Origin: a virus
DNA length: 64,000 bases
Direction: 5' to 3' (one strand)
IMG/VR virus record: IMGVR_UViG_3300033145_001087
Coordinates: 47,431 to 111,430 of that record
Shown: in pieces, positions 10,992 through 20,761 of the stretch
Position numbering within the stretch: the first letter of the stretch is position 1
Layout of the letters: every line of letters begins with the position of its first letter
Notes under the pieces: model-generated
Database searches by the model: none
What the model was told of the DNA's origin: nothing
What the model saw: only the letters and a program-made list of their open reading frames with translations
Program-made: the position numbers and the translations under genes

Positions 10992-11396
10992 TTAACTTAA
11001 TGCCTTTGTTTTTGTTAATTCTTCTCTTATTATACTAGGAGCTATAGATGCTCCTGCATCTCTACCTGCTTTCATAAATAAATATGGTGCTTTTGGATTA
11101 ACAGATGACCAACTTTTTTTATTCCTTAGTTGTCTATCAAATTCTAAAAAAATACCATGTGGTGCATCTGAAAAAACTTTAGCATAAAAATCAGTTTCTG
11201 TTCCTATAGTAACAGTATATTGAATATTATTTATGATTAAACTTGGCATTTTTGTTGTTATTCTCTTTTTTTTATATTCAGCGATTGCTACATCTTTTAC
11301 AATCATAGCCACTTTTTTATTAGCATTATTAATACCCCTACGAACATTTCTATTGATTTTATATAACTTAAATAGTCCTTTAACTTTTAATGGCAT
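10992..11396 (-). CDS. neck/tail-completion protein (HK97 gp10-like)
   Basis: Basic 134 aa with APHGIFLEF and PYLFMKAG motifs; neck-gene position. Confidence 0.65.
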   Translation of the reverse strand: MPLKVKGLFKLYKINRNVRRGINNANKKVAMIVKDVAIAEYKKKRITTKMPSLIINNIQYTVTIGTETDFYAKVFSDAPHGIFLEFDRQLRNKKSWSSVNPKAPYLFMKAGRDAGASIAPSIIREELTKTKALS

Positions 11397-11401
11397 TTAG
11401 T

Positions 11402-11884
11402 TCACCTATTAAAATATGCTATCCGTATAGTAACCGAACCAAAATAAAGTTGGGTATCGGGGTCGTATTCAATACGAGATGTATTTATATGTTTATACAT
11501 CTTAACCCCTGCGGTATGAAGTGTGTTAAATTGAGCTTTTAATGTTTGTTTAATTTGTCCTAACCCATATTCTACTAATTGTGAATTTTTATATTCAACC
11601 TCAGATACAGTAACTTTAAAACCATTTTTGCTTTGAAACCAAACATTTAAGAATAATTGTTCGTATTCCATATAATTATCTCCTATATCTATAGGAATTG
11701 TTGGGTTATCTACTTTTTTAATTTCTATTTTAGGAAATTTAGCGTGAGTAGATGGTTCATCGGAAAAGACCCAGAGAGAGCCACCTCTATAGTTACCACC
11801 GGCAGTTTCATAGGGGTCAATCATATAAGTTCTTAATACATTTCTTATTTCCTTTATTGCGGTTATTGAATCCGTTTTAAACAC
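11402..11884 (-). CDS. tail terminator-like protein (start may be ACG at 11875)
   Basis: FPKIEI and FLNVWFQ motifs, ~160 aa, neck position; the annotated GTG lies inside the SD GGGGGTG. Confidence 0.65.
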   Translation of the reverse strand: MFKTDSITAIKEIRNVLRTYMIDPYETAGGNYRGGSLWVFSDEPSTHAKFPKIEIKKVDNPTIPIDIGDNYMEYEQLFLNVWFQSKNGFKVTVSEVEYKNSQLVEYGLGQIKQTLKAQFNTLHTAGVKMYKHINTSRIEYDPDTQLYFGSVTIRIAYFNR

Positions 11885-12539
11885 CCCCTAACATCTCTTT
11901 TAATATCTCTTTCCCAAAATCTATAAACTATATAATCCTGAGATTCTATAAATATTTTACTTGTTTAGCATCTCTAGGTTTGCCTTTTGGATAATGATGC
12001 CAATAATCCCCATCACACATAATTATTGTATTTATTTCAGGTAACCAAAAATCAGCGATTCCTAATTTATAAGGATGCTGTTTTATATATAAAAGGTCGT
12101 TAAAAAGTAATTCATTTTCGACCAACCGTTCTATTTTAGTATCTGCTACTAACATATTACCCTCTTTTAATTGTTTAATAGTAGATTCTCTGTTTTGTTC
12201 ACGTAATTGTTCAGCTTTTTCTTTACCATAAAGTTCTTTATATGTTTTGCCCTTCATTGGGTGTATATGATTTTTCCAATGATTCTTTAATCCTTTTGCT
12301 GATTTTTTAACAGACGTTGGGTCACGTTTTTTACCTAACCAAAACCCACCAGATTCTTTCATTCGTTCTTTAGTTTTCTTGCTAATAACCGTTCGTGTTT
12401 CTTCTGAATATTTATTACCATAATTTGGATTATTTTTACCAATATTATGTATGGTATTCCATTTACCTTGGCATTTTCTATTACAAAAAGACTTATTACT
12501 AGTTAATTTACTACAATATTTACAATTATTACTATCCAT
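11863..12539 (-). pseudogene. free-standing homing endonuclease (Zn finger + NUMOD3-like + Vsr/DUF559-like nuclease), frameshifted near the 3' end
   Basis: CKYC..FCNRKC; GKNNPNYG and HPMKGKT motifs; ADFWLP..CDGDYWH; stop at 11948-11946, but the family C-terminus ESQDYIVYRFWERDIKRDVRGCLKRIQ* continues in another frame to 11863. Confidence 0.8.
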
Positions 12540-12609
12540 TTTCTGCCCTCGGCGAGAACCATACACCCTACGGGAATATACTATTATCTATATAGGTATA
12601 GTAATACAA

Positions 12610-12630
12610 CTTCTCCTATATAAATGTTTC
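12610..12630 (-). promoter_or_regulatory. archaeal BRE-TATA promoter, late class
   Basis: GAAACATTTATATAGGAGAAG, identical to the minus-strand site at 34391-34411. Confidence 0.8.
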
Positions 12631-12642
12631 TATTAGTATATT

Positions 12643-12780
12643 TTATCCAGTAAATCGTGGTTCTTTATTATTTGATGTTCTTTTATTAACATCTATTACA
12701 AAATCTGTTTCTATTACCTTTTGTTTATCTTTTTTTGTAATATTAAATCCTTTATCAAGTTTTTTTGTTATTTTACTCAT
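12643..12780 (-). CDS. 45-aa hypothetical protein (not in ORF track)
   Basis: MSKITKKLDKGF...EPRFTG*; SD GGTGA; fills the gap after the adaptor gene. Confidence 0.55.
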   Translation of the reverse strand: MSKITKKLDKGFNITKKDKQKVIETDFVIDVNKRTSNNKEPRFTG

Positions 12781-12784
12781 TTAT

Positions 12785-13678
12785 TCACCATCCTACACTA
12801 CCGATATAATTATTTTTATCAAAGTTTTGTGTAACTCTTCTCCTATTAACACCATAAATTGGGTCATAATTTTGTACTTGTGAACTTAATTGTACACCAA
12901 TACTATGTGATAATAGTTTTTCTACTTCTGTGACCCTTGTATTTATTACTCCTAATTCTTTACTACTTGTACCACCAGAAGTCATATCAAGTTTTTCTAA
13001 TAACCGTTGACATGTCCTATACAGAGATAACTTATGGAAAATACTAGGCACATAATGTATATCTATTTCACAAGTAGTTTCTAGAGTATACCCACTAGAT
13101 GCATATGGTAAAACTTCTATCATACCATATTGATTATTTGTTTTATAATGGTCATCTAAAAAAAATTCAAATTTAGTTGTTGTGCCATAAAAAACTCTAT
13201 CTACTCTATAGATATTTTCTTCTCCTACATAATACCTTTGCTGAACTGTATTATTTATTTTTCCTATTACAGAATATGATGCTTTTAATGGTGTTCCTGA
13301 TTCTATATAAATAAGGTCATCCACTTCTGTAATTGCATTAAATACATCATCATCTGTCCATCTTCCTACAGTATCTAATATATTTTTAATATCGTCTACT
13401 GTACAAAGCCGTAAAAGTTCTTCTGATGCTGTTGGGTCTGAATAATCTGAATAATATGTTCCATCATAAAATCTTATTTTATACCAATGAGTTTTTGTCC
13501 CACTTGCATCTGTATATGTTGTTACCCAAGTATTTGCTGAAGTTTTTGCTTCACCATCACTTGTTGCGTTTATAGTATCTAATACCGTATAAGTTCCATA
13601 AATACTTGAACTTCTACTAATTTCTACGCTGGTAACTGTTGTTTCTCCTGGTGCTAACCACGAAATCTTTCTTGCCAT
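12785..13678 (-). CDS. head-tail adaptor-like protein with N-terminal Fn3-like domain
   Basis: Fn3-like segment (ISWLAP..YTDASG..WYKIRFYDG..SDYSDP) followed by LCTVDDIK, typical of gp6/gp15-type connectors. Confidence 0.6.
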   Translation of the reverse strand: MARKISWLAPGETTVTSVEISRSSSIYGTYTVLDTINATSDGEAKTSANTWVTTYTDASGTKTHWYKIRFYDGTYYSDYSDPTASEELLRLCTVDDIKNILDTVGRWTDDDVFNAITEVDDLIYIESGTPLKASYSVIGKINNTVQQRYYVGEENIYRVDRVFYGTTTKFEFFLDDHYKTNNQYGMIEVLPYASSGYTLETTCEIDIHYVPSIFHKLSLYRTCQRLLEKLDMTSGGTSSKELGVINTRVTEVEKLLSHSIGVQLSSQVQNYDPIYGVNRRRVTQNFDKNNYIGSVGW

Positions 13679-13695
13679 ATTTTTTCACCTCATAA

Positions 13696-16600
13696 TTAGT
13701 AACTATCTGTTACATATGTTCGTTTTGTATATTCTGTTGATTTTACCGTTGGTTTGGTAATTCGTCCACTCTTTTCATCTATTATTGGTTTTGTTATCGT
13801 TCTGGTTACAGGATGTATTGATGGTCTTGTAATGGACATATCCTGTGTTTTAATGTCTGGTTGTGTTAATACTTTATCGGTTTTATTTATATTAGGTTTA
13901 TTATATGCGTATGCTACATCTGTTATTTCTGGTGTTGAAGGCACTATATATCCAAGAGACAAAATTAAACTATCAGATGTAATATTTTTTGAATAATTTC
14001 TGAAAACCTTGGTGTCGCTTAACAGATTCTTACTATAAGCACTAAGTATTTGGGATATAGAACGTATTGAAACCTCAGATGTAATTAATTCTATTAAAGA
14101 ATTACTTATTATGTTTTTGCTATATGTCTGTAATATATAAGAATCAGACACAAAACTATCACTTATTGATTGAATTAACCAAGAAGTTGATATAACATTC
14201 TTTTTTATATCAATAGTTTTAATATGCAAAACAGATTCAATGTTTTCAATTACAGTTCCTAATATATATGATTCTGAAACAATATTTTTAAATGTTCGTT
14301 CTAAAACAAATAAACTACTTAATATGTCTTTTTCATTAGATAGCTTTAATATGTAAGATTCTGATGTAAATTCTATTTTTGTAGCTAATCGTACTAGATA
14401 ACTATTCGAAGATAAATTTTTACTAATACTACTCAATATATATGAATTACTAGATAAATTACTTTCCTCTTCTTTTGTTATCCAAGAATCACTTAGTATA
14501 TTACTTTCATTAGATAATTTTATAATGTATGAAATACTTGTTATAGAGGTCTCATATTCAAGTTTTAAAATATAGGAATCAGATAAAATATTCTTTTCTA
14601 TATCAGATTTAAGTGTCCACGAATCAGAAAGTATATTTATCTCATTTGCAAGTTTTAATACATATGACTGACTTATTATATTTTTTGAATTTAGTGCTAA
14701 TATAAAAGAGTCACTAATTAAATTTTTACTTTCTCTTTTTAAAATCCATAAATCACTAAGTAGATTTTTTTCGTTTGCTAACTTTTTAATGTATGAAATA
14801 GATGTTATCGACCCTTCGTATCCAAGTTTTTTAATATACAGATTAGACAAAATGTTTTTAGAGTTAGTTGCTAATATAAAAGAATATGACTCTATATTTT
14901 GACTATAGGATGTAATAATAGTTGAATTACTTAAAATATTTTGTTCTACAGAAGGTGTTAATATATAACTATCAGAACTAATAGTTTGTTCAGTTCCTAA
15001 TACTTTAATATATGAATCTGAAAGGGTACTATTACATAAACTACAAAAAATGGATAAGTTAGAAAATATATTTTTGCTTATAGTTGATAAAATATATGAT
15101 TCACTTATAAGATTTTTTTCGTTCTCTGCTTTAAGGATGTAAGAGTTTGAAACTAATGAATTCTCATATCCAAGTTTTTTGATGTAAGAATCTGATAAAA
15201 CATTCTTACTATATGAAGCAAGAACATATGAAGAGGATAAAAGATTCTTTTCAGTTTGTTTTAATATATGAAGTATACTTCCTATGATTTTTTCATTATC
15301 TACAATTAAGATATTAGAAACAGATATAATATTTTTATCATATGGTGCAGTTATATAACTAACAGAAACTAAATTTTTGTCAGTTAATTTCAATATTTGT
15401 AAATCTGACAGACTGTTTTTATCTACAATAGTATTAACCCATAAAATACTTGTTATATTAGAAAGATATCCTAATCTTTTAATATAAGATACACTTGATA
15501 AACTATTTTCGTATCCTAACTTTTTAATTATAGAATCCGAAATAATATTTTTACTATATGTAGATAAGATGTATGAGTCACTTGTAAGATTTTTATCAGT
15601 ACTTTTTTCTATGAAAGACTCTGATAAAATGTTTTTCTCTACATCTAATTTTTTAATATAAGATACTGACAAGATGTTCTGTTCATAAGTCTGGTTTATA
15701 TAGGAACTACTAATTAAATTTTTAGTTTGACCGGGCCACCCAATTTGTAAGTCAGAAAGCATATTCTTAGAGTATGTATATTGTTCTACAATTACTAATA
15801 AACTTGAAATATTCTGTTCATAGGCTAACTTTTTAATATAGTAATCAGATGAAATATTTTTACTTATACTTGCTAAAATAGTTAAATCAGATACTATATT
15901 TTTACTTTCTAATTTTAATATCCAAGAATTTGAGGTAATATTAATAGTATTAGATAATTTTTTAATATATAAACTACTTAAAATACTGTTCTCATATCCA
16001 AGTTTTTTAATAATCGACTCAGATATTATACTTTTAATATAACTTGTTAATCTATAAGAGTCTGATATAAGATTCTTTTCTTGTGTTTTAAGTATCCATA
16101 AATCAGATTCAATATCTTTTTCATTAGCAAATTTTAAAATGTATGAATTGGATAATATGTTCTTATCTGTAGCTAATTTTTTGATGTATAAAATAGATAA
16201 GATGTTCTTAGCAACAGCACCAAATATATAGGAATCAGATAAAAGATTCTTTTCAATAATCTTTAAGATAAAAGAATCACTTATTAAATTATTTTCTGTA
16301 GCTAAACTTTTTATATATGAATTAGAAAGTGAGGAACTTTCATATCCAAGTTTTTTAATTAAGGAATCGCTCACTAAATTTTTAACATAACTTGATAAAA
16401 TATAGGAATCAGATAAAAGATTCTTACTTGTTGGTTTACTTATCCATAAAGTAGATAACATATTTGTTTCTATATTATCTTTCAAAATATAACTATCAGA
16501 TGTTACATTTTTCTCTGTTGCAAGTTTTTTAATAAACGTATTAGATAAAAGGTTTTTATCAACAGTTCCTAGTATAAATGAATCCGATACTCTATTTTTT

Positions 16601-17556
16601 TGTACTTCTTTTAATACCCACAACTCACTAAGTAGATTCTTTTCGTTTGCTAATTTAAGGATAAAAGAATCTGAAAGTATAGACCCTTCATATCCTAATC
16701 GTAAAATATATGAACTGGAGGTAATATTTTTACTATAAGTAGCTTTAATTGATAAATTACTAAGTAAATTCTTATCTAGTGTTTTAAGAACCCAAGAATC
16801 TGACAATATATTGTTTTCTACAGAAGGTTTCAATATATATAAATTACTAGTTACATTCTTTTCTATTGCTAATTTTTTAATATAAGAATTTGATAAAATG
16901 TTTTTACTATAAAAAGATAATATGAAAGACGAACTTTCTATATTCTTTTCTATTGCGGCTGCTGAGGTTATCTCTAAATCTGAAGTAATGTTTTTTTCCG
17001 TTGCTAGTTTTTTAATGTTAGAAACGGAACTAATGTTTTTACTATATGATTGTAAAATGCTATAATCAGATATTATATTTTTTTCTGTAAGTTTTTCTAT
17101 ATATGATATGTTATTTAAATTCTTTTCTATAGCAGATTTTGATATATAAGAATTTGATATTAAAGACCCTTCATATCCAAGTTTTTTAATAAATAAAGTT
17201 GATAATATATTTTGACTTGAACTTGCTAATATAGATAAATTAGAATTAATGTTTTTACTAGTTGGTTTAAGTATCCGAGAATCCGAAAGAAGATTCTTTT
17301 CATTTGCAAGTTTTAATATGTAAGAATCGCTTGTAATATCTTTACTATCTGTAGCAAAAATAGATAAATCACTAATTATATTTTTATCTATTGTTTTACT
17401 AATAAAAGAATCACTATTTAAATTAACACTAATAGCTAACTTTTTAATAAAAGAATCAGAGAGAAGATTTTTTTCAGTAGCAAGTTTCTTTATATAACTA
17501 GAAGAATTTAGGTTCTGTTCCCTAATTACATAAAATACTCCCTTTCCTATAACTAT
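13696..17556 (-). CDS. ~1286-aa Ser/Ile/Lys-rich tandem-repeat protein, probable fibre (ORF track truncates it at 16833)
   Basis: I translated 16831-17565: the frame is open with the same 15-16-aa repeat (xKNLLSDSYIxKL) and has no ATG/GTG/TTG above 16833; SD GAGGG precedes ATA at 17556. Confidence 0.8.
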   Translation of the reverse strand: MVIGKGVFYVIREQNLNSSSYIKKLATEKNLLSDSFIKKLAISVNLNSDSFISKTIDKNIISDLSIFATDSKDITSDSYILKLANEKNLLSDSRILKPTSKNINSNLSILASSSQNILSTLFIKKLGYEGSLISNSYISKSAIEKNLNNISYIEKLTEKNIISDYSILQSYSKNISSVSNIKKLATEKNITSDLEITSAAAIEKNIESSSFILSFYSKNILSNSYIKKLAIEKNVTSNLYILKPSVENNILSDSWVLKTLDKNLLSNLSIKATYSKNITSSSYILRLGYEGSILSDSFILKLANEKNLLSELWVLKEVQKNRVSDSFILGTVDKNLLSNTFIKKLATEKNVTSDSYILKDNIETNMLSTLWISKPTSKNLLSDSYILSSYVKNLVSDSLIKKLGYESSSLSNSYIKSLATENNLISDSFILKIIEKNLLSDSYIFGAVAKNILSILYIKKLATDKNILSNSYILKFANEKDIESDLWILKTQEKNLISDSYRLTSYIKSIISESIIKKLGYENSILSSLYIKKLSNTINITSNSWILKLESKNIVSDLTILASISKNISSDYYIKKLAYEQNISSLLVIVEQYTYSKNMLSDLQIGWPGQTKNLISSSYINQTYEQNILSVSYIKKLDVEKNILSESFIEKSTDKNLTSDSYILSTYSKNIISDSIIKKLGYENSLSSVSYIKRLGYLSNITSILWVNTIVDKNSLSDLQILKLTDKNLVSVSYITAPYDKNIISVSNILIVDNEKIIGSILHILKQTEKNLLSSSYVLASYSKNVLSDSYIKKLGYENSLVSNSYILKAENEKNLISESYILSTISKNIFSNLSIFCSLCNSTLSDSYIKVLGTEQTISSDSYILTPSVEQNILSNSTIITSYSQNIESYSFILATNSKNILSNLYIKKLGYEGSITSISYIKKLANEKNLLSDLWILKRESKNLISDSFILALNSKNIISQSYVLKLANEINILSDSWTLKSDIEKNILSDSYILKLEYETSITSISYIIKLSNESNILSDSWITKEEESNLSSNSYILSSISKNLSSNSYLVRLATKIEFTSESYILKLSNEKDILSSLFVLERTFKNIVSESYILGTVIENIESVLHIKTIDIKKNVISTSWLIQSISDSFVSDSYILQTYSKNIISNSLIELITSEVSIRSISQILSAYSKNLLSDTKVFRNYSKNITSDSLILSLGYIVPSTPEITDVAYAYNKPNINKTDKVLTQPDIKTQDMSITRPSIHPVTRTITKPIIDEKSGRITKPTVKSTEYTKRTYVTDSY

Positions 17557-17564
17557 TTTAATCC

Positions 17565-17600
17565 CTCATTGAATTGAGTCTCACCGTATTGTATTACGAT
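17565..17600 (-). promoter_or_regulatory. tandem AUNCAA-loop hairpins in the leader of the repeat-protein gene
   Basis: CGUA[AUACAA]UACG (17598-17585) and CUCA[AUUCAA]UGAG (17578-17565); the second pairs part of the SD. Confidence 0.7.
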
Positions 17601-17605
17601 TAAAT

Positions 17606-20314
17606 TTAACTTACTACAAAAGCATTAATATCAAAATAACCACCAGATGTTGGACTTGTATAATCTACCCAACAAGATACATCTACACAAGAATCTGATG
17701 TTAATGTTCCGTGAAGTGTTTGATTGCTTGTAGTTAAAGTTGTTGCATCTACTACTGTATAATCATCATCACATTTTAAAGCAATATTCGTGATTGTTTC
17801 ATTCATATTCATATAAATACTTGTCCCAGTACCTGTTCCATTATTACAAATTCTATAAATTGCTTGCGAACTACCAGCATTTTGGTCATCTGGTTCACAA
17901 TCAGTTTGTGTTGGCGTACACCTAAATGTTAAATAGTTTGTGGTTACATCTCCCCAAATTGAGCCAGTCCAAATAGTAAAATTAGTATCTGGGTCACCTA
18001 CCTCTGCATCTGTATTATTTGTAATATTAACAGAATCAAAAAATAAAGTAGTTCCAATACCATAATTTCCATACATTGAATAATAAACATATATTCTAAA
18101 AGTATCGTCAGTATATATTCCATCTGTAGCATTATATACCTCTCCATTTACCGAGTATGATATAACATCATTATCGTGAAGTTCAAAAGTTGCATTCCAA
18201 CCAATAGTCGATACATTAGTTAATATATCTGGATGTTCAGGAAGAAGATAATAACAATCAATATCTCCTTCACCGGCGGGATGCGTATCACCATCATAAT
18301 ATGAATGGATGAGAAAATGGGAACCTGTTGTATTAATTGCATATACACTAAAATTTATTTTCCAACCACCAGGATTAGCTCCACAATTACTACCATATCC
18401 TGTTGCGTGTCCATGAACATGTTCCATTTCAACTTTTGTCCCATATTGTAATGTGGTAAAATTTGTAAGTCTTAAAACATCATCATTAAAAGCGTTATAT
18501 GATTGTAGAAAAATATGGTCTTCGCATCCTGGTGCAACGGTGCAAGTTCCACTACCATTAATATATCCACCTTTTAAATTATAATCATCATAAGCATAAG
18601 CACTAAAATTGTCTGTTTGAACATAAGTTTCATTCCAGGCATGTGTATATAAATTAAATTCATCCTTCCAAACATCGGTTATTGTTTGTTCTACATCATT
18701 AACACCATAATATCTAACATCAGAACCTTTATAAGTTTCTTCTGTCTCATTACTCCAAGAATGCCACAAATAACGGTAAGGTCCCGCTTTTGAAAAAATA
18801 TCACTAGCATTATACATCATAGCTGATAAATTGGAAGCTGTCTTGTTTGAATTGTTTATGTCTAATAACACCGTGCCATTGGTTATATTTACGGTCACAT
18901 TAAAATAACCAGTCCCGCTTGTGGTTAAATTATAACTATCGTCCCAATAATCTGAATATTCTGGTTTTGGAGGTCCCTCGACTGTGGTTGTGGTAATATT
19001 TACTACGGAACACCTATCAAACGTTCCAGTTGCATCATCGCAAATATATCCATAAGCCGTTAATGTTCCTTCATCCGTTTCCAAAGTTTCATATGTACAT
19101 CTTATTTGAAATCCATCATCTGAATAGGGACCCTTACAAAGTGTATCCGTATCTCCACCATCACAAACATCATCTTCACCAACTACAGAAGTAATACCTG
19201 CTGTTCTACATATTATTAAGGCAATAAGTTCGACGTTATCTTCATGTCCAAATGCTGAATAAGTTATATTTAATCCTGCTGTTTGTGGGTCTGGAGAATC
19301 TTCTAAATCTCCTGTCCAGGTTGGCGTGGATGGCGGGTCAACAATATAATCAAATTCTAAATAAGCATTATTATCATTATTTAAACTAACAACTTTAAGG
19401 TCAAAAGTATCATTAACACCGCTTAGATTAGTAAGATATTCTATATAAAGGGTTGGTTTGTAAATTATTGGAAAACTCATAATATAGGTTCCATTAGTTA
19501 AATATACTTCAACGATTGTCGTATTTCCACTTTGATTATTTCGGGGATAAATTGTTATATCTTGGGTAGAATTAAGTTCTTCCTCAAAAGTAACTCTTAT
19601 ATATTCATTATGATAAATAGGCTCCGTCCAGATATTATCTAATTCTGAGGTCTCATTATACACGTTCGAAATAAAACTTTTATTTTCGTCTAAATGTATC
19701 GCATCTGAAATAAATATTGGGTCGAACAATCTAACATTATAAACTTCATAATCGGAATTAATATCATACTGAGCTTTAAGGATACCACTTTTATAAATCC
19801 ACGCCCATCTATAATCAGGATGTAATTCAACTTTCATATTCAATCCAAATTCTAAAGATATTTTATCAGAAAGTTTATATGTATCTCCTTCATACGTTAG
19901 GTCTCTAACTTCATATCGTAAAAAATATTCTGATGCATTAAATACTTCAATCATATGAGAAATAGGAAATACCTCTACATCATCGAGAGTTCCATCAAAA
20001 AGATATGTTTCTTTTATAACAGGTCCTCTTATATAAGGTGTTAATTTTGTAATGGTTATAGTTTTATTTTCTTCATCAATACTTGTATTTATTTCGATTC
20101 CAGATAGACGACGGTTCATTTTAGAATTCCCATCAAAAATAGAAACATATTCTCTACCCGCTACTACCCATCTATTATTATCATTTTTAACATAGAATGT
20201 AGCTTTATCTGTATCAATCTTAAGTTTAACATTATCCATAGAAATATAAATTATACCAGTAGCTAGTAAAAGAAGTATTAATGTTCCAATAATATAATTT
20301 TTAGTATCTGTCAT
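17606..20314 (-). CDS. 902-aa membrane-anchored/secreted glycoprotein, paralog of 28..5094
   Basis: N-terminal TM (YIIGTLILLLLATGIIYI); shared ~200-aa domain ending YNVRLFDP; >30 sequons by eye; shared C-terminal domain (EPxxQ...WxDY). Confidence 0.7.
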   Translation of the reverse strand: MTDTKNYIIGTLILLLLATGIIYISMDNVKLKIDTDKATFYVKNDNNRWVVAGREYVSIFDGNSKMNRRLSGIEINTSIDEENKTITITKLTPYIRGPVIKETYLFDGTLDDVEVFPISHMIEVFNASEYFLRYEVRDLTYEGDTYKLSDKISLEFGLNMKVELHPDYRWAWIYKSGILKAQYDINSDYEVYNVRLFDPIFISDAIHLDENKSFISNVYNETSELDNIWTEPIYHNEYIRVTFEEELNSTQDITIYPRNNQSGNTTIVEVYLTNGTYIMSFPIIYKPTLYIEYLTNLSGVNDTFDLKVVSLNNDNNAYLEFDYIVDPPSTPTWTGDLEDSPDPQTAGLNITYSAFGHEDNVELIALIICRTAGITSVVGEDDVCDGGDTDTLCKGPYSDDGFQIRCTYETLETDEGTLTAYGYICDDATGTFDRCSVVNITTTTVEGPPKPEYSDYWDDSYNLTTSGTGYFNVTVNITNGTVLLDINNSNKTASNLSAMMYNASDIFSKAGPYRYLWHSWSNETEETYKGSDVRYYGVNDVEQTITDVWKDEFNLYTHAWNETYVQTDNFSAYAYDDYNLKGGYINGSGTCTVAPGCEDHIFLQSYNAFNDDVLRLTNFTTLQYGTKVEMEHVHGHATGYGSNCGANPGGWKINFSVYAINTTGSHFLIHSYYDGDTHPAGEGDIDCYYLLPEHPDILTNVSTIGWNATFELHDNDVISYSVNGEVYNATDGIYTDDTFRIYVYYSMYGNYGIGTTLFFDSVNITNNTDAEVGDPDTNFTIWTGSIWGDVTTNYLTFRCTPTQTDCEPDDQNAGSSQAIYRICNNGTGTGTSIYMNMNETITNIALKCDDDYTVVDATTLTTSNQTLHGTLTSDSCVDVSCWVDYTSPTSGGYFDINAFVVS

Positions 20315-20319
20315 TTTAT

Positions 20320-20361
20320 CCTATTGTATTAGGTATTATTTTTACATTGTATTGTAAAAAT
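20320..20361 (-). promoter_or_regulatory. tandem AUACAA-loop hairpins in the leader of the 902-aa gene
   Basis: AUUUUUACA[AUACAA]UGUAAAAAU (20361-20338) and CCUA[AUACAA]UAGG (20333-20320); the second pairs part of the SD AGGA. Confidence 0.7.
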
Positions 20362-20365
20362 CTTT

Positions 20366-20752
20366 TTATTTAGTATGAAGCCTAATCATACCATTTTTTT
20401 CACTAAACATAATTTTTTTATTTTGGTTATTTATAGTAATCTGAAAACCAACAAAACTTTCAATTGTTTTACCACTCGAATCATTTGAAGTTCCTATAGA
20501 AAAGGAAGTTCTTCTAAAGTAAATCAATCTATATTCTTCTGGTCTATAACTACTTTCAGGTATTTCAATTATTGTATTATTAATCATAAAAATACCTACT
20601 TTTAAATCAACAATAATATGTTTATCTCCGTTATCAATTCTGAAAGCTATTAACTTGTCTTGAACTATATCACCAAATAAATTTTCTTTATCGCCTTCAA
20701 ATTGTTTTAATTCAATATCATCATCATATATAGCAGTCCACCTAAAAACCAT
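20366..20752 (-). CDS. hypothetical protein, paralog of 20762..21223
   Basis: Shared WxAx(Y/F)D..Q(F/Y)..E..F and LIYFRR motifs. Confidence 0.6.
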   Translation of the reverse strand: MVFRWTAIYDDDIELKQFEGDKENLFGDIVQDKLIAFRIDNGDKHIIVDLKVGIFMINNTIIEIPESSYRPEEYRLIYFRRTSFSIGTSNDSSGKTIESFVGFQITINNQNKKIMFSEKNGMIRLHTK

Positions 20753-20761
20753 TTAACTCAC

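Noticed and set aside
11930-11948. TAG read-through or stop-codon reassignment in the endonuclease
   Set aside because: Read-through gives NLRII then another TAG; the family motif is in a different frame, and other genes are intact under the standard code
9539-13678. Contractile tail (sheath/baseplate) module
   Set aside because: Only one tube-like gene and no sheath or baseplate wedge motifs; consistent with a siphovirus-like tail
12015-20585. Additional AATACAAT loop matches inside coding regions (near 12025 and 20572)
   Set aside because: Flanks pair for only 1-2 bp, so they were not counted as AUNCAA hairpins
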